NCBI GenBank assembly: GCA_965243135.1
Contig: OZ251539.1
Span: forward strand, 2,272,001 to 2,336,000
Origin: Alphaproteobacteria bacterium
Lineage (GTDB): Bacteria > Pseudomonadota > Alphaproteobacteria > MPNO01 > UBA830
Direction of reading: 5' to 3'
Length of the DNA stretch: 64,000 bases
This document shows, piece by piece, positions 20,188-30,298 of this stretch. Position numbers and translations under genes: made by a program. The notes beneath the pieces are model-generated. The model did no database searches. It was not told where the DNA came from and worked only from the letters and a program-made list of their open reading frames with translations. Each line of letters begins with the position of its first letter. Position 1 is the first letter of the stretch.

Positions 20188-22536
20188 ATGGCGAACGCAA
20201 ACGGAATCGGCGCCTCGATCCCGCGCAAGGAGGACTTGAGGTTCCTGAAAGGCGAAGGCCGCTACACGGACGACCTCCGAAAACCGGGTCAACTATACGC
20301 AGCGTTCGTGCGGGCCGGGCATGCCCACGCGACGATTGGATCGATCCGGTCCGAGGCGGCCAGCCGGGTGAAGGGCGTCGTCGCCGTGCTGACGGGCGAA
20401 GACTACAGGGCGGACGGCCACGGACCCATTCCGCACCAGGCGATCGAAGGCAATCCGGCCGACGAAAAGAGTCCCGCTTTTACGGAGAACGATCCCGTCG
20501 CTCTCTGTTTCGGGCAATGGCCGCTGCCGTTCGACAAGGTCCGCCACGCCGGCGAAGCGGTGGCGGTCGTGATCGCCGCAAGCAGCGAAATAGCTCGCGA
20601 CGCGGCCGGCCTCGTGGAAATCGAGCTCGACGAACTGCCGTCGATCGTGGACCCATATCAGGCGATGGCGGACGGAGCGCCCCTCGTATGGAACGAGGCT
20701 CCGGGCAATCTCTGCATCCATGCGATTCGAGGACAGCCCGGGAAGACTTCGGAAGCTCTCGCCGCCTCCGACTTCGTCGTCTCGGGCGAGTTCGCCGCCT
20801 CGCGAATCGTTTCCTGCTTCATGGAGCCGAGAGCCGGCATCGCCGAGTTCGTCGACGGAAGATATGTCGTCACGGCCGGCAATCAGGGCGTCCATCGCTA
20901 CCGGCAAATGATCGCGGGAGCGCTTCGCGCCGCCCCGGAACAGGTCCGGGTGATCTGTCCCGACACCGGCGGCGGTTTCGGCTCGCGCAGCCACCTCAAC
21001 CCCGAATACGTGGTTATCGCCTGGGCCGCCAAGCGTCTGGATCGACCGGTCAGGTTCACGAACGACCGCTCGGAGTCATTTCTCGCCGATTGGCAAGGCA
21101 GAGACATGATCCTGAAAGGCGAACTCGGATTGGCCAGGGACGGACGCTTCATGGCCTACCGCCTTTCGATCCTCGCCAACAACGGAGCTCATACGGTCTG
21201 TTACGCTTCCCAAGCCAATGCCACCCGGCTCTTCACGACCGTCTACGACGTGCCGGCCGCCTGTCTCGAGCACAAGGTCTTCCTGACGAACACGGCGGCG
21301 GTCCTGCCCTTCCGGGCGGCGGGGCGGCCGGAGGTGACCTACGCCATCGAACGGTTGATCGACCGCGCGGCCCATCGATTCGGCTTCGACCGGAAGGAAA
21401 TCCGGCTGAAAAACCTGATACGGCGGGGCGCGATGCCCTATGCCAGCCCGGCCGGGCTTACCTACGACGTAGGAGACTTTCCGGCCGCTTTCGAACGAGC
21501 CGCCGAAATCGCGGACTGGAACGGATACGAAAGCCGGCGCAGGGCGACGGAAGCGCGCGGCCTGAAAAGAGGCATCGCCATTGTTCCCTTCGTGGAGTCT
21601 CCCGTGGGCGCGCCGGCGGAGATGGTGAGGGTGCGGATCGGCGGCGACGGAAAGGCCACGGTGCAAGCCGGAACGCAGAATCACGGCCAGGGGCACGAGA
21701 CGACCTACGCCCAGGTTATATGCGAACTGCTCGGAATTCCGTTCGGCGACGTAGTCCTCGAAGACGGCGACTCCGACGCCCTGCCGTTCGGCGGCGGCAC
21801 CCATTCCGACCGATCGATGCGGATGGCGGGCGAACTGTTGTGCGAGGCGGCCGACGATCTGATCGCCCAGGCCCTGCCCGACGCCGCAAGACTCATGCAG
21901 GCGGACGAAAAGGACGTCGTCTTCGAAAACGGAACCTTCCGTTCCGCGGGAGCGGCGGTCGGAATCGTCGATGTCGCCGCGGCGCGAAGCGAGGCCGGAG
22001 TTTCAAACGGGCTCGCGGCCGAAGCGGCGCGGCGACAACGCATCCCCGCCTTCCCCTACGGCGCGGCGGTGGCCGAAGTCGAAATCGACCCCGATACGGG
22101 AGAGACGACGATAGACCGGTATTCGAGCGTCAACGACGCGGGCACCCCGATCAATCCGATGATCGTTCACGGCCAGACGCACGGCGGCATCGTTCAGGGC
22201 GCGGGTCAGGCGATCGGCGAAAACGCTGTCTACGATCCGTCGTCAGGCCAACTGACGACCGGCTCGTTCATGGACTACGCGATGCCTCGCGCCGACTGGT
22301 TTCCATCGTTCCGGCTCGACGAGGTCGATGTGCCGACCCTCGGAAACCGTCTGGGCGTGAAGGCCGCAGGCGAAGCCGGGACCGTGCCTGCGCTTGCGAT
22401 CGTCGGCAACGCGGTTCTCGACGCTTTGCGGCCGCTGGGCGTTACGGAATGCGAAATGCCGTTCACCGCATGCCGGATCAGGAAAGCGATCCAGGATCGC
22501 AGCCTGCCGGCAACGCCAGATGAAGAACGATCTTAA
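20188..22536 (+). CDS. Xanthine dehydrogenase/CoxL-like molybdopterin-binding large subunit
   Basis: RKEDLRFLKGEGRYTDD, GGGFGSR, FRAAGRPE, HGQGHETT, HGQTHGGIVQG, LGVKAAGE. Confidence 0.9.
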   Translation: MANANGIGASIPRKEDLRFLKGEGRYTDDLRKPGQLYAAFVRAGHAHATIGSIRSEAASRVKGVVAVLTGEDYRADGHGPIPHQAIEGNPADEKSPAFTENDPVALCFGQWPLPFDKVRHAGEAVAVVIAASSEIARDAAGLVEIELDELPSIVDPYQAMADGAPLVWNEAPGNLCIHAIRGQPGKTSEALAASDFVVSGEFAASRIVSCFMEPRAGIAEFVDGRYVVTAGNQGVHRYRQMIAGALRAAPEQVRVICPDTGGGFGSRSHLNPEYVVIAWAAKRLDRPVRFTNDRSESFLADWQGRDMILKGELGLARDGRFMAYRLSILANNGAHTVCYASQANATRLFTTVYDVPAACLEHKVFLTNTAAVLPFRAAGRPEVTYAIERLIDRAAHRFGFDRKEIRLKNLIRRGAMPYASPAGLTYDVGDFPAAFERAAEIADWNGYESRRRATEARGLKRGIAIVPFVESPVGAPAEMVRVRIGGDGKATVQAGTQNHGQGHETTYAQVICELLGIPFGDVVLEDGDSDALPFGGGTHSDRSMRMAGELLCEAADDLIAQALPDAARLMQADEKDVVFENGTFRSAGAAVGIVDVAAARSEAGVSNGLAAEAARRQRIPAFPYGAAVAEVEIDPDTGETTIDRYSSVNDAGTPINPMIVHGQTHGGIVQGAGQAIGENAVYDPSSGQLTTGSFMDYAMPRADWFPSFRLDEVDVPTLGNRLGVKAAGEAGTVPALAIVGNAVLDALRPLGVTECEMPFTACRIRKAIQDRSLPATPDEERS

Positions 22537-23157
22537 ATAAGAACGCATTGATAATAAAGAGATTTTCTCAAAAACGCCGATTTTGCAGTTTTCTGATTAA
22601 ATAAACACAGGCGAGCGGACCCGAGCCCCGACGCAAGGCTCCAGTCGGCACCGGAATTGCGAACCAGCGTGCGGCCCGTCGGCGGAAGCCGGATGCTCGT
22701 AAGCGTTCGGTCGCGGGATAAGCTACCCGTTCCGCCCCCCGGGCAGCGAACGCTTACGGATGCTCGCCGGTTACGCTTAAATAAGAACATATTGATAATA
22801 AAGAGGTTTTCTCAAAAACGCCAGCTTTTGCAGTTTCCTGATTAAATAAACATGGGCGAGCGGACCGGAGCCCCGACGCAAGGCGCCGGTTGGCGCCGGA
22901 ATTGCGAAAGCGCGATGAACTGTGGCGCGAGGGAAGGCTTTGCCACCCGCGCGCGACTGTCCGGCAAAGGTCCCCGGTGCCTCTCCGGGGTCGCGCCTGG
23001 AACTCAAATTCATGGCAGGCCGCAGGCCTCGAAAAACGATGCATGCATGCGGCTCGTCGGCGGAAGCCGGAATCGCCGAATACGTTTAAATAAGAACATG
23101 TTGATAATAAACAAAATTTTTGGAAAAACCGGTTCCTGCAGGTTCCAGATTAAATAA
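22533..23157 (+). repeat. Three dispersed tandem copies of a 72-73 bp AT-rich unit (22533-22604, 22777-22849, 23086-23157) with shared GC-rich flanks
   Basis: Each unit TTAAATAAGAAC..TTGATAATAAA..TTTT..AAAAAC..TGCAG..GATTAAATAA; CGTCGGCGGAAGCCGGA precedes units 2 and 3. Confidence 0.9.
22699..22757. mobile_element. 59-bp miniature IS66-derived element (MITE) with 8-bp target-site duplication
   Basis: Ends GTAAGCGTTCG...CGAACGCTTAC match the TIR of the 32271-35064 element; flanked by GGATGCTC at 22691-22698 and 22758-22765. Confidence 0.85.
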
Positions 23158-23294
23158 GGCTCGCCCAAGCGAGATGTTGCGCCACCTCCCTCGCTCGCGC
23201 CCAAAAGGCACCTGCCCTTTGGGAGGCTTCCCGTCTCGCTTTTCCGCAAACCGCCCGAATCGACCGCGTCCGCGAGAATGCCGCCGCCCGGCCC

Positions 23295-24701
23295 TTACGC
23301 CCAGAACGGCAAATATCGCGCATACTTGCGAGAGCCGCCCACAGAGTCGTCCACCTTGATCAGATCGGCGTTTACGGTCGCCGCGATGATCTGCGAAACG
23401 ACCGTCCCCTTTCGCTGCGGCAGTCCGAAACGTTCGCGCAACGACCCGTTGGTCATGCGTTCGTTCGCGACGTGCTTCAAAGCGCAGTGCAGATAACAGG
23501 CCCGAATGCGGGCATTTCTGTCCATTTCTTCGAACGGTTGCGGTCCGTAAATGGTCGCGACCGTCCGACCGAAGGCCAACGCGAAACGCGGCGCGGGAAG
23601 CTGGCGACGCTCCGTTTCGCGGACGACCCGGTCGATGCCGCTGCTCCTTTCTTCGCAGATGCCCATGCGGCGCATGAGATCCGCGAGACGCTCGTTTCGC
23701 GACCGGTAGCCGTCGATAAAGCGCTCCACCGGAACCAGCGGTTCGCCCGGGCTGGAAATCTCGATCCGGTCGGAAAACACCTCGATCATCGGTCTGGCGC
23801 CGCCGACCGACAAGTCCTGATGAATCATGGCGTTTGCGATCAGCTCCCGAACGCCGTCCAACGGCAGCAGCACCGCGTTCTTGCGCAGACCGTTTTCCAG
23901 AACCTCGTTTTGGGGAAGTTGCGACATTACGAATGAAACGAGTCTCTCGAAACCTGTCGCATATCCCCTTTGCTCGATATGATCGGCTCGAACGTCGATC
24001 TTGGACGTGCCTTCGTAAACGACGACGCGAGGAGCCTTGCGGTCAAGGTCCGCAAATCGCGTCAGATCCTTGGCCAGAAGCAATCCCCCCAAGCGGCGGA
24101 CGGCGTATCCGCCGGCGCTTCGAGCGATCAACCGCTCGCTTTCGAGACGGTCGAGCACGCCCGCCCTGTCGCCCGGGTACGGCTGCCCCATCAACTCGAA
24201 AAACGTCTGAGTGTCGAGAAGGTCGATGACGTCCTGTCCGTTCAGATTTTCGAGCGCGCGCTCTTCGATCCAGTCCGGCCTGCCCTCGTCGAAAATCGCC
24301 CGCAAACGGTCTTCGGACATGGCGACGGTCGATTCGCCCGTCCTCATGAGATATCGGCCGTCGAGATGCCAGGCCGTTCCTCTAGGCCTCGAAGGGATCT
24401 CGAAAACGACGACGCGACCATCCGGATGATCCACTTCCCAAACGTCGATCTGGAAGCGGATCTTGTTGAACAACCATTCGGCAATCCGGTTTACGTCGCG
24501 AAACGCGCCGCTGCCGACAACCCGGCGGGGAAGCCTGTCTGCAATTCCCAGCAGAAAGTGTCCGCCGCCTTCGTTGGCGATAGCAACGCAATACGCTGCG
24601 AGGTCCTGACGGTCGTAGTTGCTCCTCGCTTCCTTGAATTCCAGCCCGGAATGTTCCGCCGACGCTTGTCGCCACTGGTCCACCTGCTCGGGAGTGACCA
24701 T
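23295..24701 (-). CDS. Schlafen/AlbA_2 + HATPase_c_4 ATP-binding protein with C-terminal wHTH
   Basis: LEFKEA, VAIANEGGG.FLLGIAD; RELIANAMIHQD, DRIEISSPG, RNERLADLMRRMGICEERSSGID. Confidence 0.85.
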   Translation of the reverse strand: MVTPEQVDQWRQASAEHSGLEFKEARSNYDRQDLAAYCVAIANEGGGHFLLGIADRLPRRVVGSGAFRDVNRIAEWLFNKIRFQIDVWEVDHPDGRVVVFEIPSRPRGTAWHLDGRYLMRTGESTVAMSEDRLRAIFDEGRPDWIEERALENLNGQDVIDLLDTQTFFELMGQPYPGDRAGVLDRLESERLIARSAGGYAVRRLGGLLLAKDLTRFADLDRKAPRVVVYEGTSKIDVRADHIEQRGYATGFERLVSFVMSQLPQNEVLENGLRKNAVLLPLDGVRELIANAMIHQDLSVGGARPMIEVFSDRIEISSPGEPLVPVERFIDGYRSRNERLADLMRRMGICEERSSGIDRVVRETERRQLPAPRFALAFGRTVATIYGPQPFEEMDRNARIRACYLHCALKHVANERMTNGSLRERFGLPQRKGTVVSQIIAATVNADLIKVDDSVGGSRKYARYLPFWA

Positions 24702-25494
24702 TCCTCGCTTTCCTTTGCCGGACGAGTCCGGACGCCAAAATGTCCCTCCTCGCCGTACCGGTCAATCCCTGTCCGGAAAAACGGCTTCATTCCTTCGACT
24801 TTCGACCGCACGGACTGCGAAACCCGCAGAGGTGCATCTCCGGCATCGCCGGACCGGAAAAATATATTGATTTTCAATAGTTATCCAAGTCCCCGACGCG
24901 ACGCCCCAAGACGGAACCAGCGATTTCCCGACAAGCGCCGTTTCGGGTTCGCCACGGGACTGGAGGACAAAAAGAACGCTCCCGGCGGCACGGCAGAATG
25001 CTGGCCTCGACCCACGACAGCGTTCCCATGCCAGTCTCGCAATCTCCGAACGGTTTGTCCTTCTCGGAGATCTCCCGGTTGCCGCCGAGGCGGCGCGAAC
25101 TTTCGCGTCCATCGTCAAGAAAAGGGGCTGCAACCGCAAAGGCGCCATCGCAGCCTTCGTCAAAGAAGGGGCCGAGCGACAGGCCCAGCGGGGGCAACAG
25201 CCCGGAACGCCGCCGCGCGAACGCGCGCCGCGCTTGCCGGTAGAGGTTCCTGCCGCTGTCCGCGGCAAGCCTTGCGCGAAAAACGGAGAAAAGGTCACCG
25301 GATTGGTCGAGGTCGAGTTTCGCGCCTGCAAGCGACGTTGTCGCCGACCCAAGCAGACCGCGCGCAGCGAAGCAGGAGGTGCGCCGGCGCCGCGGTTGGT
25401 CGCGAACAACGGCGCCGGTTTCCAACCGGGACTTACGCCCCGTGCGACCGTGACAGTCGCTCGACTTCGAGGTCTTGCCGGTAAGGCAACGGCG

Positions 25495-25757
25495 TCAAGA
25501 GCCCCTTGTTCGCGCCCCGTCCGCCGGCGGCGTTCGTGCGGCGACGGTTTCCGGTGCGGCGGTCTGGCGTTCGAGGCCGGCTATCAGCGCCTCGAGCGCC
25601 GTCATGTCTTCCTCGTGGCGGCGTTCTTCGGCTTCGCGCCGCTGCTGCGCGGCCGCGCTGTTGTTGCCCGCGTTCGTCGTTGGCGCGGACGCCATACGCC
25701 GGCCGCGACGACATCGGCGGAAGCGACGGCGAGGCTGGCGATCTCCAAGGCGGTCAT
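25495..25757 (-). pseudogene. Frameshifted small hypothetical protein (N-terminal hydrophobic segment, C-terminal RRHEEDMTALEALI coil)
   Basis: AAAGGA RBS + ATG 25757 (MTALEIASLAVASADVVAAGV) continues in another frame as ...QQRREAEERRHEEDMTALEALIAGLERQ. Confidence 0.4.
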
Positions 25758-26189
25758 GAGCGTCCTTTCCAGAAAGGACGGATTATCCACGGCGCCTATC
25801 GTCAAGGCAAAAACGTCTGCGTGCAGGGTGAGTTCATCCTTCGGCATAACCCAAGGAAAGGCCGTTCCAGACGGGGCGCATCGGCGGATGATTTTTTCTG
25901 GACATCTTTGCCGCCAATGCGCCGACGGCGAAAAACGGGCCGAACGACGTTCGGCCGATGCTCGACCGGGCCCGGACGCGACCGGCGGGACGAACGGAAG
26001 CGTCGCTCGCTCTCTGCAAGCGTTTTCGGTGCACGCACGGACATTGCGGCTCGGCCTGCGACGCGCAGCCACCGGCTCCCCGAGCTCGAAACTCCAGCGA
26101 CGTTACGGGTTTTTCCGTGACCGGTTCCGCCATCGCCTTCAACCGCGCGAGGTTTCCAGGGATTCCCGAGAAACCTCGCGAGCTCGGAC

Positions 26190-26565
26190 GCCCTGCGCCG
26201 TTGACGGCTCGGCGCCCCCGGCTTCGCCGCAAACCGCAGGGCAAGTTCGCGGAACCCAAGACCCGCCACCGCGCCGCCGGCGGTCGACAATGCCAAGGAC
26301 CCTGGCCCGGGTTCGGGTCGAAGCCCTCGCGTCCCCTCGGAGGCGCGACGACTGCCCGACGCCGCTACGCGTTGCGCGCGACCCTGACCTTTTGCGAGAG
26401 CCCGTGCGGAATCCGCCGGGCCGCTGACCGAACCGAAGTCGGCCGCGCCCGGGAGCGCGGCAAGCTTGACGCGCGGACGCGCCCTCCCGGTCAAGGACGC
26501 TGAAGCCACTCCGGCGGGACCGGAGGCGAATCCTCGACGACGTCACCCCGCGACCGAACGCTTAC
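26190..26565 (+). mobile_element. Decayed right end of an IS66/DUF4338 element (gene remnant + TIR)
   Basis: Aligns with deletions to 34620-35064; ends in CACCCCGCGACCGAACGCTTAC (26544-26565), 21/22 identical to the TIR. Confidence 0.85.
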
Positions 26566-27088
26566 CGGCAAGCACGGTGCGATTATGCATGGACATGGTG
26601 AAACCGCTTCGCTACCTTTCATATTGAAGTTCACAATCGACAGGTTCGCAGTCGGCGAAACAATGCCGCAAGACTGCAAGAATTGACGGAGAACCAGATG
26701 ACTTCCAGCGAACCGACGGATGGCATCGGCAAGACATCCGGGTTCCGGGACACGGACGATGATGGCGACGCGACATCGAATTCAACGAAGAAACGCGAAC
26801 CGCTCACTCAAACCGGACCCCTGACCGGCCGAAGAATAGCTCGTTGAACATGCGTGGCCTGTGTCCCCAGAGCCTTCAGACATCCGGGATCGGAGGACGA
26901 CCGGTTCGGTTCGCGAAGGCGAACTCACTTCGGAATTTTCCGTCGCCAAGACTGAACTACACCTTAATTTGCGTTTTCAAACCGCGATATCTTGCCGCTT
27001 TATCGACAATTCAGCGGCGCATTGCGGAACCTTCATAAGGTGAATTTCTCGACCTTGAGAGGCGGCAAAGACCGAAGCGATCAGGGCA

Positions 27089-28111
27089 ATGCAATCTGAA
27101 GATCTTGAGCGAACTTCAGGGCCGCAATCGCCTCTTCTGGAGGTCGTCAACCTATATACGAAATTCAATACGCCGAAGGGGGTCGCTTGCGCGGTGGACG
27201 GTATATCGTTTAAGCTGCAACGAGGGCGAACGCTCGGTATTGTTGGGGAATCCGGATCTGGAAAGACCGTATTGTCTCGATCCATCATGGATATCCTGGC
27301 CCACGACGGATCGGTCGAATACAAAGGAGAAATTCTTTTCGAAGGACGCGATCTACGCCGTCTGAATCGGAAGGAAATGCGAAAAGTCCGAGGCCGCGAA
27401 ATCGCCATGATATTTCAAGACCCGATGTCCTCCTTGAATCCTGTCAAAAAAATTGGAGTTCAGATAACTGAGGTGCTGACGAAATGTTGCGGTTTCTCCT
27501 CTCGATCAGCGAGAATCCGGGCCATTGAATTGCTTTCCGCCGTGGGCATAGCGGACCCTGAACGGCAGTTAAATCATTACCCCATGCATCTTTCCGGCGG
27601 AATGCGGCAACGCGTCGCCATCGCAATAGCGCTCGCCGGAGAACCCAAGCTGTTGATTGCGGATGAACCGACTACCGCCTTGGACGTTACAATTCAAGGA
27701 CAAATTCTGGATCTCCTGCAACAATTGCAGCGTCAACGAAACATGGCGATCATGCTCATCACTCACGATCTCGGAGTCGTCGCGGAGTACGCAGACGAGG
27801 TCGCCGTAATGTACGCCGGTCAGATTGTCGAACGATCCGAAACTCGCGACCTCCTCAACAGGCCTCGGATGCCTTACACCGAGGCGTTGATGCAATCGGT
27901 TCCTGTTTTGTCGGATCCTCCCCATTCCCGACTCCATGCGATACCAGGCCTTCCGCCAAATCTTTTGAACGTGCCGAACGGATGCCGTTTCCACGAGCGC
28001 TGTCGATACGTCCAGAAGGACTGCCGTGAGCGAATGCCGCTTCTGAAGTCGGAACTCCCCTCGGAGCACTCCTTCGCGTGCTGGCATCCTCTGGCTTGCG
28101 GGGAGGCATAG
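27089..28111 (+). CDS. Peptide/nickel ABC transporter ATP-binding protein (DppD/OppD-like)
   Basis: GESGSGKT, IFQDPMSSLNP, LSGGMRQR, ADEPTTALDVT, C-terminal GCRFHERC. Confidence 0.93.
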   Translation: MQSEDLERTSGPQSPLLEVVNLYTKFNTPKGVACAVDGISFKLQRGRTLGIVGESGSGKTVLSRSIMDILAHDGSVEYKGEILFEGRDLRRLNRKEMRKVRGREIAMIFQDPMSSLNPVKKIGVQITEVLTKCCGFSSRSARIRAIELLSAVGIADPERQLNHYPMHLSGGMRQRVAIAIALAGEPKLLIADEPTTALDVTIQGQILDLLQQLQRQRNMAIMLITHDLGVVAEYADEVAVMYAGQIVERSETRDLLNRPRMPYTEALMQSVPVLSDPPHSRLHAIPGLPPNLLNVPNGCRFHERCRYVQKDCRERMPLLKSELPSEHSFACWHPLACGEA

Positions 28112-28113
28112 GC

Positions 28114-29106
28114 ATGACGGAGAACCCTGTCCTTTCCGTCAGAAGCGTCACTGTCGAGTACCTTGCAGAGGGTGGGCGTTTCGCAGCAATCGAAGATATT
28201 AGTTTTGATCTCTTTGAGGGAGAAACTCTGGGAATAGTGGGAGAATCAGGTTGCGGAAAATCAACCATGGGCCGCGCCATATTGCAGCTGCCAAAACCGA
28301 CTGCTGGCAAGATATTTTTCGAAGGCATCGAACTTACCGGAATTTCCGTCAAAGAAATGCGCGAAGTTCGCCGCCGACTTCAGATCATTTTTCAGGATCC
28401 GGTATCGTCGCTGAATCCGCGTCGCAAAATAAAAGATATCGTCGCAGAACCATTGGTAATCGCCGGCCTCGGCGATCGACAAGAACGCGAGGTCAAGGTG
28501 CGCGATGCGTTACGGACGGTTGGCATCGACCCCGACTTCAGCATGGATCGCCGACCTCACCAGTTTTCAGGAGGACAATGCCAAAGAATCTGCGTCGCTC
28601 GCGCATTGATAATGGAACCAAAGATGGTAGTTTGCGACGAGCCGGTTTCCGCTCTCGACGTTTCTGTGCAAGCGCAAATACTGAACCTCTTGGAAGAAAT
28701 GAAGCAACGTTACGGTTTGACGCTATTGTTCATCAGCCACGATCTGGCAGTCGTCAAGAACATCAGTGATCGGATCGCGGTCATGTACCTGGGGAAACTC
28801 TGCGAACTTGCGGCTTCCAAGCATATCTACGCCGCCCCGGCGCATCCGTACACGAAGGGCCTGATATCGGCCATCCCCGACATCGAAGCGGTCCGATCCG
28901 GCCAAAACAGGAAGCCGGTACTCGCTGGCGAGATTCCCTCTCCGCTCAAACCGCCGACAGGGTGCCGATTTCGGACCCGCTGCAAATTCGCTCGGGCGAT
29001 ATGCGAACATGAAGAGCCGCAGTTACAACGAATCGAGGAGCAACGTTACGTTGCCTGTCATTTCCCGTTGTCGCAGCCGACGAGATCGGCGAGCGGCACG
29101 GCCTGA
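28114..29106 (+). CDS. Peptide/nickel ABC transporter ATP-binding protein (DppF/OppF-like)
   Basis: GESGCGKST, FSGGQCQR, CDEPVSALDVS, HPYT, GCRFRTRC, VACHF. Confidence 0.93.
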   Translation: MTENPVLSVRSVTVEYLAEGGRFAAIEDISFDLFEGETLGIVGESGCGKSTMGRAILQLPKPTAGKIFFEGIELTGISVKEMREVRRRLQIIFQDPVSSLNPRRKIKDIVAEPLVIAGLGDRQEREVKVRDALRTVGIDPDFSMDRRPHQFSGGQCQRICVARALIMEPKMVVCDEPVSALDVSVQAQILNLLEEMKQRYGLTLLFISHDLAVVKNISDRIAVMYLGKLCELAASKHIYAAPAHPYTKGLISAIPDIEAVRSGQNRKPVLAGEIPSPLKPPTGCRFRTRCKFARAICEHEEPQLQRIEEQRYVACHFPLSQPTRSASGTA

Positions 29107-29149
29107 AAAATTGGTCCGTTCCCGTCAATCTTGAAGCGCAACGCAGACG

Positions 29150-29622
29150 GTCGGCGATCTGCGTCGTGTGGGCAGACCGTGGCGGGTTAGCCGCCGGGCA
29201 AAGGCAGCGCAACTTGCGCAACTGCCTGTCGATGCGCTCCGTCAGACGGGCGTCGCAGGGAAAGTCGAACATTAGTCGACCTTGTCCTGGCCTTTGCACC
29301 ACGTTCCGTCGGGGCGTAAGCCGCAGCCGGGTTCGAGGATCGCACCCGCGCGCAACGCTTGGTCGCTGCAGAGCGGCAGGTGTCGTAGTAGCCGTGGAAG
29401 AAATGACCTCTTGGTCGCCGTGCGGCCGCTCAACAGCGGCGTTGAAGTCTGGAACGATCTCCTTCCGCGGCAACAAGCTTCGAGAAACAGGTCGAGCTGT
29501 TCAGCGCCTCCATGCAGGAGACGATCCTCTTCCGTCTCGGCTTCGTCGAGCACGCCCGGCTCAAGCCGGCTCAGGCGCTCGAACCGGTCAGCGGATGGCC
29601 TCGGTCGCGCTCCCGAACCCAA
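29150..29622 (-). pseudogene. IS1380-family transposase remnant
   Basis: Fragments across frames LSRLE...LDLFLEA, EIVPDFNA...HGDQE..FHGYYDTC, ARLTERIDRQLRK resemble the IS1380 DFDATDDPxHGxQEGxFFHGYY region. Confidence 0.6.
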
Positions 29623-30013
29623 CCAGTCAGGTCGACACGCCCGCCGCCATTCCCGCCGTCCCGGAACTGGTCGTGATCGTTGACGTTATCGTAACCCAAT
29701 GCAAGGTCGAACAGTGCCGCACCGCAGTCGGAACCCAGCCGGCACCTAGAAATCGCTGACTGCGTTGCGGCTTCCGAAGCCTTGAAACTCGGATCGCAAA
29801 TGTCTACGATCCGTCGCAATGGAACTTCTCTCCGCAGGTTGCATAGTTGCTTGAATCCGCTACGATTACTGTAAATTGGAACCCCACGCGCTCCCTTGTG
29901 GCGATCTATCCGGAATAACGACGCATGCGGAGGATTGTGGAGGCGCGTATCTAGGCGAGTACCCCGAAGCATATGCGCATGGCTCGAAAAGTATGGACGA
30001 CATAGGGGGCAAA

Positions 30014-30298
30014 ATGCATCCGTTGATCGAAACTCACCGGGCTCGAATTCTTGCCCTCGCCGAGCGTCACGGGTTGCAGGACGTACGGGTATTCGGGTCG
30101 ATGGCCCGGGACGATGCGGACGATGCGAGCGATGTCGATCTACTGGTCTCGCTAGCTCCCAACAAGACAGGGTTGGCACTAGGCGCCCTGCTGGTGGAGG
30201 TAGAGGAGCTCCTTAATCGTCGAGTAGAGGTGCTGACAGAAAGCAGTCTCCACCCCGCAATACGCGACCAAGTGTTGAAGGAAGCGCAGCCATTGTGA
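30014..30298 (+). CDS. mntA: Minimal nucleotidyltransferase (MNT) antitoxin
   Basis: VRVFGSMARDDA...SDVDLLV (GS..DxD), LLNRRVEVLTE, 94 aa. Confidence 0.9.
   Translation: MHPLIETHRARILALAERHGLQDVRVFGSMARDDADDASDVDLLVSLAPNKTGLALGALLVEVEELLNRRVEVLTESSLHPAIRDQVLKEAQPL

Noticed and set aside
22533-23157. CRISPR array
   Set aside because: Units are ~72 bp, only three, with long and partly homologous linkers rather than unique ~35-bp spacers; no cas genes
22533-23157. XerC/D dif or pdif sites
   Set aside because: TTAAAT resembles part of a XerD arm but the 11-6-11 dif structure is absent
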